From contig CAWJPJ010000006.1 of NCBI GenBank assembly GCA_963844715.1, forward strand, positions 896,001-960,000: a stretch of 64,000 bases of DNA, written 5' to 3'. The notes below the pieces were generated by a model, which did no database searches, was not told the origin of the DNA, and saw only the letters and a list, made by a program, of their open reading frames with translations. This document shows, in pieces, positions 13,096 to 24,814 of the stretch. The position numbers and the translations under genes were made by a program. The stretch comes from an uncultured Phycisphaerales bacterium (GTDB lineage: Bacteria; Planctomycetota; Phycisphaerae; Tepidisphaerales; Tepidisphaeraceae). The number at the start of each line of letters is the position of its first letter. Position 1 is the first letter of the stretch.

Positions 13096-14304
13096 GTGAC
13101 TTACAATCCGATCGTGCGAATTCATTTATCGACAACCCCCCAGCGCGCCGAAGCGGGAGATCCGTGGGCGACGGGATTCCTTACCCCCGTTTGCACGATC
13201 CGTTGCGACGCCGGGACACGGCGAACGGCGGCGCGCGTGGGAGGAAGCCTGCTTCGGCAGTGGGATGATCCACGGGAGGCGCTGGGCTGGATGGCCCGCA
13301 CGTTCTGGCCGGGGGGCGGGCGATGGATCGGGTTTTTGAATTATGACTTGGGGAGGGTGTTCGAGGATTTGCCGCCGCGGCGGCCGGACGATTTGGACGT
13401 GCCGCTGTTTGTATTTACGTATTGCCGCCCGGCGAGCAGGCGCGCCGCGGTTTTTGAGCCTGATTATGGGAGATCGGACGCTCCCCTGACGTCGAATTTC
13501 ACGCGCGAGGCGTATGTCGCGGTCGTGCGACGGGTGATGGACTACATCGCGGCGGGGGATGTTTTTCAGGTGAATCTTTCGCAGCGCTTCAGTTGCGGAT
13601 TGCGGCTGCATCCGGCGGAGATTTACAGGAGGCTGGTGCGGCAAACGCCGGCGCGTACGGGGCGTATCTCGCTTACGACGACTTTGCGATTATTTCGAAT
13701 TCGCCGGAACTGTTCCTGAGCGTGAGCGCCGATCGGCGGGTCATTACGAGGCCGATCAAGGGAACACGCGGCGAATTTGCCGGGGATGAAGGAGGAACTG
13801 ACCGCCAGCGCCAAGGACCAGGCGGAGTTAAACATGATCGTCGATCTGGAGAGGAACGATCTGGGGAGAGTTTGCAAAATCGGGAGCGTGAAGGTCACCG
13901 AGACGCGATCGATCGAGGAACACCCGACTGTCTTGCACGGCGTGGCGACCATCGAGGGCGTTTTACGCGACGACGCGACCTTCGCCGATCTGCTTCGAGC
14001 CACATTTCCCGGCGGCAGCATCACGGGAGCGCCGAAAATCCGCGCCATGCAGATTATCGACGAACTGGAAACCGTCCGGCGCGGGGCATATTGCGGCGCG
14101 GTGGGTTATCTCGACGCCGATGGAACCATGCAATTCAACGTGGCGATTCGGACTATGCTCATCAAGGGCGGCATGGCGCACATCCCTGTCGGTGGCGGGA
14201 TTGTCGCCGATTCCGATCCGGAGGCAGAGTACGAAGAGACGCTCGTCAAAGCCAAGGCGATGTTCGAGGCGGTGGGAATTGGGTCCGGCGAACTGGTAAA
14301 GTAA
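13096..14304 (+). CDS. pabB: Aminodeoxychorismate synthase component I (chorismate-binding; two frameshifts, start uncertain)
   Basis: GDVFQVNLS, SNSPELFL, TRPIKGT, AELNMIVDLERNDLGR, FPGGSITGAPK, GGGIVADS across three frames. Confidence 0.8.
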
Positions 14305-14308
14305 GCGA

Positions 14309-15220
14309 ATGGCCCAGATCTGGATCAACGGCGAGTTCGTCGAGGAAGAAGCGGCACATATCTCAGTGCGCGATACGGGGCTGCTTCATGCCGCCGGGGT
14401 TTTTACGACGATGCGCGCGGGGGGCGCGAAGGTTTTTCGACTGCCTCACCATTTGAATCGACTTCGCCAATCCTGCGAGGCTCTGTTTATACCTCTGCAA
14501 TATGATGATGGGGCGTTGAGTCTGGCCGTGGGGGAATTGCTGGAGCGGAATCAGTTGAGCAATGCGCGATTGAGACTGACGGTGACGCGCGGGGCGGCCA
14601 GTCGCGATCCGCTGCATGGGATGCGATTGGAGCCGATGGTTTTCCTTACGGCCGCGCCGCTGGAGCCGTATCCTGAGGAATTTTATCAGCGCGGGATGAC
14701 GGTCATCGCCTTGGATGAGCAAAAGCTCAATCCGTATGACTTGCAGGCCGGTCACAAGACGCTGAATTACCTATCGCGTCTGGCGGCATTGCGTGCGGCC
14801 AATTCGCGCGGGGCTGGAGAAGCGGTTTGGTTCAATGTGCACAATTACCTGGAGTCCGGGAGCATCAGCAATATTTTTTTGGTTAAATCCGGGAAGCTGC
14901 TGACGCCGCCGACGGCGAGCGATCTGCGCGATCCGGCTGTTGCGGCGGCTACGCCTTATCCGAAGTCTTGCGTTTTGCCTGGGATTACCCGCGAGGCGAT
15001 TTTGGAATTGGCTGGAGGCGCGGGAATTGAAGTGCAGATTCGTGGGCTGACGATCAACGATCTTCTGGATGCGGATGAGGCGTTTTTGACCAATAGCATT
15101 ATGCGGGTGATGCCGGTGTGCCGGGTGGAGAGGCGGCCGCTGGGGGAGGATAAGCCGGGCGCGGTGACCGTTAGACTCTCTTCCGCATTCGGCGAACTTG
15201 TGGCGGCGGAATCCGAGTGA
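14309..15220 (+). CDS. Class IV PLP aminotransferase (4-amino-4-deoxychorismate lyase-like)
   Basis: GVFTTMR, HLNRL, HKTLNY, ESGSISNIF, LPGITR, ADEAFLTNS; directly after pabB. Confidence 0.85.
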   Translation: MAQIWINGEFVEEEAAHISVRDTGLLHAAGVFTTMRAGGAKVFRLPHHLNRLRQSCEALFIPLQYDDGALSLAVGELLERNQLSNARLRLTVTRGAASRDPLHGMRLEPMVFLTAAPLEPYPEEFYQRGMTVIALDEQKLNPYDLQAGHKTLNYLSRLAALRAANSRGAGEAVWFNVHNYLESGSISNIFLVKSGKLLTPPTASDLRDPAVAAATPYPKSCVLPGITREAILELAGGAGIEVQIRGLTINDLLDADEAFLTNSIMRVMPVCRVERRPLGEDKPGAVTVRLSSAFGELVAAESE

Positions 15221-15232
15221 GAGAATCCAACT

Positions 15233-16321
15233 ATGCGCCTCAAACAGATCGGCGAATTTTTGGAAAAGATCGCCCCCCTCTCGGGCGCGGAAAGTTGGGA
15301 CAATGTCGGCCTCCTGGTCGGGGATCGCGAGCAGGAAATTCATCGGATTCTGCTGGCGATCGATTACACGGCGGAAGTAGCCGAGGAGGCGAAGAACGCC
15401 GAGTGTGATTTAATCGTCGCGTATCACCCGCCGATTTTTCAGGCGATTAAGCGACTGCAATCGGGGAGTTTGATTTTCGACGCGATCCGGCGCGGAGTGG
15501 CGATTTATTCTCCGCATACGGCGCTGGATGCCGCCGCAGGGGGGACGAATGACATGCTGGCGGATGTGCTGGGGCTGACGGATCGGCGGGCGCTTCGGGT
15601 CGAGTCCGCCCCGGCGGGAAATTATAAGCTGGTGACGTTTGTGCCGGCGGAGAAAGTGGATGAGGTCAGCGCGGCGCTTTTCCAGGCCGGGGCGGGGCGG
15701 ATTGGGAATTATACTTCGTGCGGTTTTCGTACTGGGGGGACGGGGACTTTTTTCGGGGAAGCCGGCACGAACCCGGCCGTGGGAAAGCGCGGGCAGCTTG
15801 AGCGGGTTCAGGAAATCCGGCTTGAGACGGTCGTGCCGCTGAAGAATGTCGGAGCGGTGATTGCGGCGCTGCGGAAAAGTCATCCTTATGAGGAGCCGGC
15901 GTTCGATTTGAATTTGCTGGCCGGGGACCCGACGGGGCATGGGCAGGGGCGGATTGGGAATATGCCGCCGACGGAACGCCGGGCGTTGATTGAGCGGATC
16001 AAGCGCGAATTGGAATTGCCGCATCTGTTGGTATCGGGGCCGACTGCCGGGGAGATCTCGCGTGCCGCGGCTTGTCCGGGTTCTTGTGGGGACTTGATGG
16101 ACGCCGCGATCGCCGGCGGGGCCGAGCTTTATCTAACCGGGGAAATCCGGCATCATGACGCGATCAAAGCCGCGGCCGCTGGAATGACCGTCGTTTGTAC
16201 ACTTCACTCCAACAGCGAACGCGCGGCTTTGAAGCGGCTGAAAAATCGACTTGAAGAAAGCGAAGAAATCCCACCGATCCTGGTCAGCTCGACGGATCGA
16301 GACCCCTTCAATATCCTCTGA
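15233..16321 (+). CDS. NIF3/YbgI-like dinuclear metal protein with PII-like insert
   Basis: WDNVGLLVG, YHPPIF, HTALD, KLVTFVP...HPYEEPAFD, TGEIRHH, HSNSE. Confidence 0.92.
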   Translation: MRLKQIGEFLEKIAPLSGAESWDNVGLLVGDREQEIHRILLAIDYTAEVAEEAKNAECDLIVAYHPPIFQAIKRLQSGSLIFDAIRRGVAIYSPHTALDAAAGGTNDMLADVLGLTDRRALRVESAPAGNYKLVTFVPAEKVDEVSAALFQAGAGRIGNYTSCGFRTGGTGTFFGEAGTNPAVGKRGQLERVQEIRLETVVPLKNVGAVIAALRKSHPYEEPAFDLNLLAGDPTGHGQGRIGNMPPTERRALIERIKRELELPHLLVSGPTAGEISRAAACPGSCGDLMDAAIAGGAELYLTGEIRHHDAIKAAAAGMTVVCTLHSNSERAALKRLKNRLEESEEIPPILVSSTDRDPFNIL

Positions 16322-16486
16322 ACCGCGAAGGCGCCCGCGACGGCGGGTAGACTCCGAACGCAAAGAAGCAAAAGAGATTTGACCGCGGATATCGCGGATG
16401 GGCACGGATAAAATCAAAAACTCATCGTTGATCTTTTTCTCTTCATCCGTGCCATCCGCGAAATCCGCGGTTAATCGGCTTTTCTT
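16321..16486. repeat. Nested inverted-repeat element, copy 1
   Basis: accgcggatatcgcggatgggcacggat ... atccgtgccatccgcgaaatccgcggt, preceded by accgcgaag...gactccgaacg; homologous to 31393-31564. Confidence 0.75.
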
Positions 16487-16500
16487 AGCGTCCTGGCGGA

Positions 16501-17278
16501 TTACTGTTCGTTGTAACTCTGACTTGTCTGATCCCATCCGGATGGAAGGGGTGGTTCTGCGAAATCCTGGTCGGATAGACCTGCGTTTAATTTCAGATCG
16601 GTCAGATCGGTTGTTTTAAGCGTCGTTTGCGTGGAATCCAGAGTCTGGATTCGAACGGGCATCGCGGTGGTGGGGTCGATCCAGACGTCGATGGTGCTGA
16701 AATCGTGCGCGAGATGCGAATCAGGCTTCGGCAGCCAGTTTGAGATGAATCGTGCCCGGCGGGTCGTCTTTATCCGGCGGCATTTTCGATACATCAAAAG
16801 CGGCTTTGACGTCTTCCTTGCTTTGCCCGATCGGGAGGGGGAACGGGCCCTGGCCGAGCTTGAAGAGATCCAGTTTTTCGCCGGGCTTGAGGATTTGCTG
16901 GCGGGTTTCGATTTTTTTGTCGTAGTCGCGTTCGACGAGCCAGCCGGAATCGACCGTGTAGGTGTGGTGCATGTCGAAGACTTTGTCGCCGAGCTGTTTT
17001 CTGTCGAAGTTGATGCGGATGCGGGCGTCGCCGGCGCCTTTGCTTTGGAAGAGGATTTTTCCGCTGCTGATGGTTTCGTCGCCGGTGGTGTTGTTTTCGT
17101 CGGAGAGCTTTACGGCGGCGGTGAAATCCTGAAGGGACTGGCCGCGCGCGTCGAGAGCGTCGAGGATTTGATCGACGGAGGAGGATGGGGAGAGCTGATC
17201 CGGCTCGGTCGTTGCTGGAGAGGCGGCACCGGCGATCAAGAGGAGACATAGGGGAAGCCAATAACGCATGGAGTTCAT
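16501..17278 (-). CDS. LolA-like outer-membrane lipoprotein carrier family protein (frameshift near 16735)
   Basis: Signal peptide; DFTAAV...SGKILF; IDVWIDPTTAMPVRI; LKLNAGLSDQDF. Confidence 0.65.
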
Positions 17279-17322
17279 TTAAACGTAAAGACACGGCCGA
17301 GGGAAGAACGTAACATTCAGCG

Positions 17323-19282
17323 ATGCGCTGGGCGGGCATTTGCGGAGTGGTCATCGTGGCGCTTTGCCGCGTTGCGGCCGGAGCCGCGCCGTGGGCGGAG
17401 CCAAGCTGCGCGTTTCGGCGCACGGTGACGGTCGCGTGGAATTCCGACGACGCAAGCGGGCGCGCGATGGCGATGGTGGATTGCCTCACCGGCGGACACG
17501 CCAATCCCGACGGGGGAGATGCCCGAGTCACGACGGTCGATGGGCGCGAGATTCCCAGCCGCGTGCTGATGGCGGGGCCGGGCGATTCCGTCCGCGTGTT
17601 GTTTGGGCTCGCGGCCGGAGTGGGGCAATACGAAATTTATTTTGGCGATCCGCAAGCCGGGCCGCCGCAGGATTTGGAGACCATGCCGATCACCTGCGGC
17701 TTGCTTTGCGAGATGCGCGATTACCACGGGACGCCCTGGCCCGGAAGCGACGAAAAGTTCGAGCCCGCATGGAACACGGCCGGCCCGTTGCTCGGCCGGA
17801 CGATGGCGGAATTGCCGTTCATCGCCGGCTGCCCGCTGGGAGATCGAAAAGGCGTCATCATCCGCTACCGCGGAACTCTGATGATTCCCGCCGATTCCGA
17901 ATATGAATTCGGAAGTTCCACGGGAAATAGCGGCGCAATGTACATCGACGGCCAGCCGATACTCTATGCCCCCAGCCTTTCGCGCTCCCCCGATCAGGAC
18001 CGAACCATTACCCTTTCCGCGGTCCGCACAATTTCGTCTATTACCAGATTTACGCGAACGATTTTGAATTGCTTTCCGTCGACTGGCGGGTTCCCGGCGA
18101 GCCGCAATATAAGGCGATCACGCGCGAGTTTTTTGGGATTTTAAGTCACGGGCGGACCGGCGATTTGGAATCGCGCGACGGGAAGCCGACGGCCGATTTT
18201 TCGGCGGATTACCAGGCGAGCAGCGAATTCGACAATTGCCAGACGCATCGGTTTACGTTCACCGCCGCGGGGGACGATCCGGACGCAAAGTGGGATTTTG
18301 GCGATGGGCAAACGGCCGAGGGGGCGACCGTTGATCATGTATTTCTCGGGGATGGCGTCTATGCCATTCAGATTCAAGAGCACGGGGATGCCCAGACGTC
18401 CCGGCTTTTCGTCCACGCGGACTGGTCGCATCAAATGGATCCATCGGCCGATCTTCCCTGGGTGCAGGCAAAGATCGTCGCGGGTTATGACATTCAGAAG
18501 ATTCCCGCCCCGATGTTGCCGGTGGCGGCGCTAATGCAGGTCGATGCGGGCAATTTGCTTTCCGCCGACGAAATGGGAGCGATTCTGGCCAGAGAAAATC
18601 GCACGGGCCGGGAGGCACGGCGGCGGCGCTGGCGGCGTTGCACAAAATTGCCGATGCCCAGACCGATTGGCATCGGGCTCAGCGATTGTGGGGCTTGGTT
18701 CCGGAGGATTCGGACTTGCAGCCGCAGGCGGCGGCGGAAGAGGCGGAACTGGGAATATGGCTGGGAGGGGATTTCACGGGGGTCGCTCAGAAATTAGCCC
18801 CGTACGCTATGCGATATCCGAAAAATTCGCTGTTGCAACGAGAGTTTGCCCACGCCCTGATTCTCAGTCAGCAGGCGGACCAGGGCCGCAAGATTCTGGA
18901 GGGGTTGCCGACGTCCGTCGAGCCGGCGCGCGTGCCGGCGGTCTGCGGAGCCCTGGCGCGAACGGTGGAATATTACGTCGAGAACGGAACTTCCGATTTG
19001 GCGCAAGCGGCATGGTATCAATGGGATGAAACGGACCCGGCCAGCTTTCTTGAGGGCTATAGTGTGCTGCTCCGAATTCAGATGATGGAGCAGCGGCACA
19101 TGCCGGAGATGGCGGCGAGCATTGCCGTCGCGTTCGCCGAGGCGATTCCCGATTCCGCTTATGCCCCGGAAATGCTCGCCGAGGCGAGCAAAGCGCTGGC
19201 CGACAGCGATCCGGCCAAGAGCCGGCAAATCCTACAGATGCTCAAAGAAAAATTTCCCGAAGACCCATTGAGTCAGAAATAA
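17323..19282 (+). CDS. Exported PA14- and PKD-domain protein with helical C-terminus (two frameshifts)
   Basis: Signal peptide; IRYRGTLMIP..YEF..MYIDG (PA14-like); WDFGDG..HVF..GVY (PKD); three overlapping ORFs. Confidence 0.6.
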
Positions 19283-19306
19283 TTTACCGGGTAGCATAAC
19301 ATCGCC

Positions 19307-20768
19307 ATGTCCACATCAGACCCCCCTTCCACTCCACCGGTCGCACCTGTCCCCCCTGCCGAACCGATTTCGCATCATCCGCCCAAACGCATATGGGTTT
19401 GGGTTCTGGTGGCGATCGCCGCGGTGCTTCTCTTGATCTGGCTCGGACCGTGGATCGTTCTGGCATTCACCACCACTTCCACGGATGACGCCTACGTCAA
19501 TGGGCACGTGACGTTTGTCGCCCCGCGCGTGCCGGGGCAGGTCGTGCGGGTACTGGTTGATGACAATAATCGCGTCCGCAAGGGCGATCTGCTGGTCCAA
19601 TTGGACAAGGAACCGTATCTCGTACAGGTGAACATCGCGCAAGCGGCGGTCGATTCGGCGCAATCTGATTTGACGGTGGCCGAGGCACAGGTGTCGATCC
19701 ACCGAGGGTCAGGCGCAGCCTGCGATTCAGTCTCGCCCACGCGATCGAGGATGTGGACAATCAGGAGGCCCTACTGCGATCGAAAGTGGCGGACCTGAAT
19801 TCCGCGCAAGCGACCCTCAACAAGGCGCAGGCGGAATTTGAGCGGGTGCAGCCCCTGGAGAAAACCGGGGCGCTTTCGCAACAGGACTTTGACAACTACA
19901 AGGAAGCGTTTCTTGTCGCCCAAGCGCAGGTACAAGCTTCTTTGCAGGAGGTTTACCAGGTTCGCGTTTCGCTCGGCTTGCCGCCGATACCGGAGAGCGG
20001 CGACGATCTGACGCAAGTTCCGCCTGATCTGGATCAGACGTTTTCCACTGTAAAACAGGCTCAATTCGCCCTGATGCAGGTGGCGTCCACGATCGGCGTA
20101 ACCGATTCGTTTGATACCACGCCCAAGCAGTTGATCGCCGATTTTTACAAGCGCGATCCCGAAGGAAATATCGAACGGATTTACGCAAAAATTCTGGAGA
20201 CCGCCCCCGCCGTCAAGCAGGCGCAGGCGAAGTTGGGCGAGCGCAGCGGGACCTGGATCAGGCGCTGCTCAATCTTCGATATTGCGATGTGGTCTCCGAA
20301 ATCGACGGCGTGGTGACGCGCCGGCAGGTCAACCCCGGTAACAACGTGATTGCGGGGCAGAGCCTGATGGCGGTGAGATCGCTGACCGAAATCTGGGTGG
20401 ATGCCAATTTCAAGGAGACGCAGCTTTCCGATCTGCGGATCGGGCAGCCGGTCGATCTGGACGTGGACATGTATGGCGGAAAGCACCGGTTCAAGGGGCG
20501 AATCTCCGGCTTCACGATGGGGACGGGCTCGACTCTGGCGCTCCTTCCGGCGGAGAATGCCACGGGGAATTTCGTGAAAGTCGTTCAGCGTTTGCCGGTG
20601 CGAATCGATCTGCTGGATTACGATCCGGACAAGCTGCCGCTGTTTGTTGGGTTATCGGTGACGCCGTATGTGCACGTCAATGAGGCGCCGAGCGGTCCGG
20701 ACGCGGGGAAATTCTTGCAGCCCTACATGACGGATGAGATTCCGGCCGTTCCGGAGACGCAGCCATGA
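19307..20768 (+). CDS. HlyD/EmrA family membrane fusion protein (two frameshifts)
   Basis: STDDAYVNG, APRVPGQV, WVDANFKETQL, LLPAENATGNFVKVVQRLPVRI. Confidence 0.9.
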
Positions 20769-22371
20769 CGTCCACGGCGATCTCTTTGCCGTTGGCGACG
20801 CGGCGGATCAATCCCTGGCTGGTCGCAATCGCGGTGGTGATCCCCACCTTCATGGAGGTTCTGGACACCACGATCGCCAACGTCGCGCTACGCTACATCG
20901 CCGGCGGCCTGTCGGCGCCGGTGATCGACAGCGAATGGGTGATTACCAGCTATCTTGCGGCCAACGCGATTATCCTTCCGATGTCCGGGTATCTCGCCGC
21001 GCGGTTGGGACGGCGAAACTATTTCCTTCTGTCCATTGCCGTCTTCACGATCGCTTCGGCGTTATGCGGCATGTCCACCAGCCTCAATCAGTTGATCTTC
21101 TGCCGCATCTTGCAGGGATTAGCGGGAGGCGGGCTTCAGCCTTCCAGCCAGGGGGTGCTGCTCGATGCGTTTCCGCCGGAAAAACAGGGCGTGGCGCAGA
21201 CATTTTCGGCGTCGCGGCGCTGCTGGCGCCGGTGGTCGGTCCGACTTTGGGCGGATGGATTACCGACAATTACGGCTGGCGATGGATTTTTTATCTGAAT
21301 ATTCCCGTTGGCGGATTGGCACTTTTGATGTGCCACGCATTGGTAACCGATCCGGATTATCTTAAAGCCGCGACCGCCAAGATGCGGCGATCGCGCCCGC
21401 GTTTTGATTTTCTCGGCCTGTGCCTGCTGGCGATGACGATGGTTTGCTGGGAAATCGCGCTCAGCAAAGGGCAGGAATGGGACTGGTTTGGCGATCCGTT
21501 CTATCGCGTGCAGACCCTGGCAACGCTCTTCGTTCTGGGGCTCAGCGGGTTGATTTGGCGCGAACTGAAATTTTCGAACCCCATTGTGAATTTCCGAACG
21601 CTGAAGGACCGCAATTTCCGGGCCTGTTGCATCATCATTTTTGTCGCGTTTGGAATTCTCTACGCCAATACGACAAGCCTTCCCGGCATGCTTCAATCGC
21701 TATTCGGCTATAACGCGTATTTGTCTGGCCTGGTCCTTTCGCCCGCCGGGCTCTTCGCGATCATTACGCTTCTGATCGTCGGCAAGCTCCTGGGAATGGG
21801 AACGGACGCCAGATACCTGATCGCCGCCGGTCTCTTGACGCTGGCGATCGGAAATTATTGGATGTCACAGCTGAATCTGCAAATCGGGCCATGGAGCGTG
21901 GTCTGGCCGCGCGTGGTTTTGATCTGCGGATTATCCATGCTTTTTGCGCCCCTGAACGTGGCGGCGTTTTTCCGCATCCCCAGGGAATTGCGCCCGGCGG
22001 CGGTGGGATTGCTGGCTCTTTTGCGAAATGAAGGGGGAAGTGTCGGGACCACCGTCGCACAAACAATCCTGGAACGCCGACAGCAGTTCCATACCCTGCG
22101 ACTGAATGAAAATCTCGACGTGCTGAATCCGGCGGTTCAGCAGTTGTTCCGCGCCGGGCATGCCTTTTTCCTCCAGCAGACCGGCGACGCCGCCATGACC
22201 CAGCAGCTCACCCTTCAGGCCCTCCAACAGGCGCGCGATAATCAGGCGCTCTCCCTGGCGTATTTCGACGTCTTTTGGGTATCGGCGGTGGCGGCCGCAG
22301 TCTTGGTTTTTCTGGTTCTGCTAATGCGGCGCTCCGTGGCGGAGAAGGGCGCGCACATGGCGGCGGAGTAA
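20765..22371 (+). CDS. DHA2/EmrB family MFS efflux permease (frameshift near 21200)
   Basis: FMEVLDTTIANVAL, WVITSYL, RILQGLAGG, GPTLGGWITDNYGWRWIFYLNIPVG, RNEGGSVG. Confidence 0.92.
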
Positions 22372-22417
22372 ATCGTTCAGGATTTGACTGGATTCCCGAT
22401 GGCTTCGGACGTCGCGC

Positions 22418-23128
22418 CTAAACGTAGTGCGCCCCCTCGCGCATGAAAATTGCCGCCGGACGGTGCTGGAACACCTCGTTGACCAGCGGCTTCTTCATTC
22501 CTTCGGCCAGCGCATGGGGGAAGCCCTGATTACCCATGAAGAGTTGTGCGCCGGCGATCACGCGGGCGAGAGTCAGAAGTTCGGGCGTGGGGTAATAGGG
22601 AATGTCGTGTCCGAAGGTGTAGTTGAAGATTTCGTGATCCTTGGGATAGCCGACGAAGATGCACCTGGGGCCGAGATGAGGGAGATTGGCTTCCCAGAAC
22701 GTGTAGTTGCCGTGATAGCGGATCGAACGGTTGATGACGATGGGGCGATCGGGAATGGTGATCGGGTCGGCGATTTGTAACCAGGCTTTGTCGCGCTCCG
22801 TCGTGGGAAGATCGAACGCGGCCAGATGCGAGTCGCTAAGATTGTTGTAAGAAAGATGTTCGCGGAAGGCATCGAGATCGTGATCGACCGGCTCGCCGTG
22901 CCAGTGGCGGACTTCCTGGATATACGGCTGCTGCATGAGAATCGGTATGAGCATGTCGATGCTTTTGGCATCGAGCTTGGTGCGGATTTTCCCGACAAAT
23001 TTGACAAACTTGCTGGTGCTGCCGCCGTCGGGGTCGAGATAGAGGACGCCGCCGCCGAGGGCGCGCAGGGTGGGGAGCGCAAAGATCATGTCGCCCATGT
23101 CGCCGGAATGTTTGAAGGTCTTGGGCAT
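22418..23128 (-). CDS. Glycosyltransferase family 9-like protein
   Basis: GDMGDMIFALPTLRAL N-terminus; IAGAQLFMGNQGFPHALA C-terminal motif. Confidence 0.55.
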   Translation of the reverse strand: MPKTFKHSGDMGDMIFALPTLRALGGGVLYLDPDGGSTSKFVKFVGKIRTKLDAKSIDMLIPILMQQPYIQEVRHWHGEPVDHDLDAFREHLSYNNLSDSHLAAFDLPTTERDKAWLQIADPITIPDRPIVINRSIRYHGNYTFWEANLPHLGPRCIFVGYPKDHEIFNYTFGHDIPYYPTPELLTLARVIAGAQLFMGNQGFPHALAEGMKKPLVNEVFQHRPAAIFMREGAHYV

Positions 23129-23132
23129 GGGT

Positions 23133-23891
23133 TCAGGGGCCGAAGCGCGGAGTCATGGCTTGGAGAACGTCGGGCAACGTCTGGACGACGACTTCGGCCG
23201 GCACAAACGCGCGCCGGCGGTAGGGATAAAGGTGGTAGCCGTGTTTCGCCTGGAAGATTTCGGAATCGCGGTTCCACTCTTCGCTGAGATTCCCGCGCGA
23301 GCGGTGGATGAGGGCCAGTTCGCAGCAGGCGGCAACGCGCAAGCCGGCCCGATGCGCGCACAGCGTGAAATCCGCATCGTAGAGATGGAACCCCTTGAAT
23401 CGCTCGGCGTCGAAGCGGACGGTTTTGGTCGCACGGCGATGGGCGGCGATGAAACACCCGTCCAACGCCTGCATCCCCCCCACCAGCGGCGCGGGGGTCG
23501 CGAAAATCTGGATGGCAAAGGTGCCGTCGTCGTTGGCGTGAGCGACCTGGCCGAAAATGTAGGGAGGCCCGGCGTAGCTCCACATGGGGTGCTCAAGGCG
23601 CGTGGTGCCGGCGATTCCCAGGACGTCGCACTTTTCCATGGCGCCGGCGATTTGCGGGCCGATCTGCGGGTTGACGAATTCGACATCGTCGTGGCTAAAG
23701 ATCAGAATCTCGCCCTTGGCTCGATCGATGCCGCGGTTGTATGCCTCGCAGATGCCGGCGGCGTCGTGAATGCCAATGAATTCGATAGTCTGCCCGGCCA
23801 GGACGCGTCGATATCCGGCGGTGACGCGATCGAATTTCGCCGGGTCGATGCTGCAAATGATGATGGAAAAGAGCGGGGAGGGCTGGGTCAT
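23133..23891 (-). CDS. Glycosyltransferase family 2-like protein
   Basis: FSIIICSI, EAYNRG, LIFSHDDV, LDGCFI, FHLYDAD. Confidence 0.75.
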   Translation of the reverse strand: MTQPSPLFSIIICSIDPAKFDRVTAGYRRVLAGQTIEFIGIHDAAGICEAYNRGIDRAKGEILIFSHDDVEFVNPQIGPQIAGAMEKCDVLGIAGTTRLEHPMWSYAGPPYIFGQVAHANDDGTFAIQIFATPAPLVGGMQALDGCFIAAHRRATKTVRFDAERFKGFHLYDADFTLCAHRAGLRVAACCELALIHRSRGNLSEEWNRDSEIFQAKHGYHLYPYRRRAFVPAEVVVQTLPDVLQAMTPRFGP

Positions 23892-23943
23892 AAATGGCCG
23901 TCAGCTAAAGGTAATGTCCCGCCGACGGACTGCAAGCGCTCGT

Positions 23944-24306
23944 TCAACCGGCCGACCCGCGGTTATCGGCGACCAGATTCGCGTGATTAACCAGAAGCGT
24001 TTCGCCGGCCACGCCATTGATGTAATCCTCGATTTGCTTGATGCGGCGCCGCGCCTTGCGGATATCTCGAATGATTAACAGCCCGGCGCACGCAAATACG
24101 ACGGCGAACAGCACGACCGAGGCCAAGACCAAAATGATCCGCTGATTTGGGGCGTCGTAGAGCAACCCAACGGCGATAGGCAGGGCCACGGCGAAGATTT
24201 GCAGGCCGTTGTTTTTTCGATGGATAATTTCGGTCTGTAAGATGGTGTATTCCGCCAGAATAATGCGGATTTTCTCCTCTTGCGACATGGGGTTCTGTTC
24301 GGGCAT
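23944..24306 (-). CDS. Small hypothetical membrane protein
   Basis: EY..L..EI..R followed by two hydrophobic helices; appears lower in GC than its neighbours. Confidence 0.5.
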   Translation of the reverse strand: MPEQNPMSQEEKIRIILAEYTILQTEIIHRKNNGLQIFAVALPIAVGLLYDAPNQRIILVLASVVLFAVVFACAGLLIIRDIRKARRRIKQIEDYINGVAGETLLVNHANLVADNRGSAG

Positions 24307-24433
24307 GATGACATCAACTTTGGGCCGGCCGTCAAAAGACTAATGGAATCGCCCCAATCCCGCAAAAACGCGGCGGTTGAACGAAATGGGCGATGCCAAT
24401 ATAATGCTTGGCTCGCAAAAAGAGAGGAATCCG

Positions 24434-24784
24434 ATGTCGCTTGATCGAAGCTTACGAGGGGCCAACTCACTGATTCGCCATCGCAACGTACTCACGCGCG
24501 CCGAGCGCCTGCTGAAGCTCACGGAAGACGAGCGCTGGGACGAGAGCAAGAGCGTATTCGGCCTTCCCAAGGTAGCGCATCGGAAACAGGAATTAGCCAA
24601 GTCGGAGAAGGAAACCCCGGACGCGGCCGCCGCGGCCGGAGCAACCCCCGCCGCCGGAGCGCCTGCCGCCGGGGCTCCTGCCGCCGCCGGAGGCAAGGAC
24701 GCGAAGGGCGCCGCGCCCGCAGCCAAAGGGGCTGCCCCCGCCGCGGGAGCCAAGGCCGCCGCGCCGGCCGCGAAGAAGAAGTAA
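24434..24784 (+). CDS. PVC-superphylum small basic signature protein (TIGR04137-like) with Ala/Pro/Lys tail
   Basis: MSLDRSL...RHRNVLTRAERL...W...SVFGLPKV; GAGGA RBS. Confidence 0.85.
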   Translation: MSLDRSLRGANSLIRHRNVLTRAERLLKLTEDERWDESKSVFGLPKVAHRKQELAKSEKETPDAAAAAGATPAAGAPAAGAPAAAGGKDAKGAAPAAKGAAPAAGAKAAAPAAKKK

Positions 24785-24814
24785 TATTCCTCGGCCCCAA
24801 AACGAACCGCCGGC

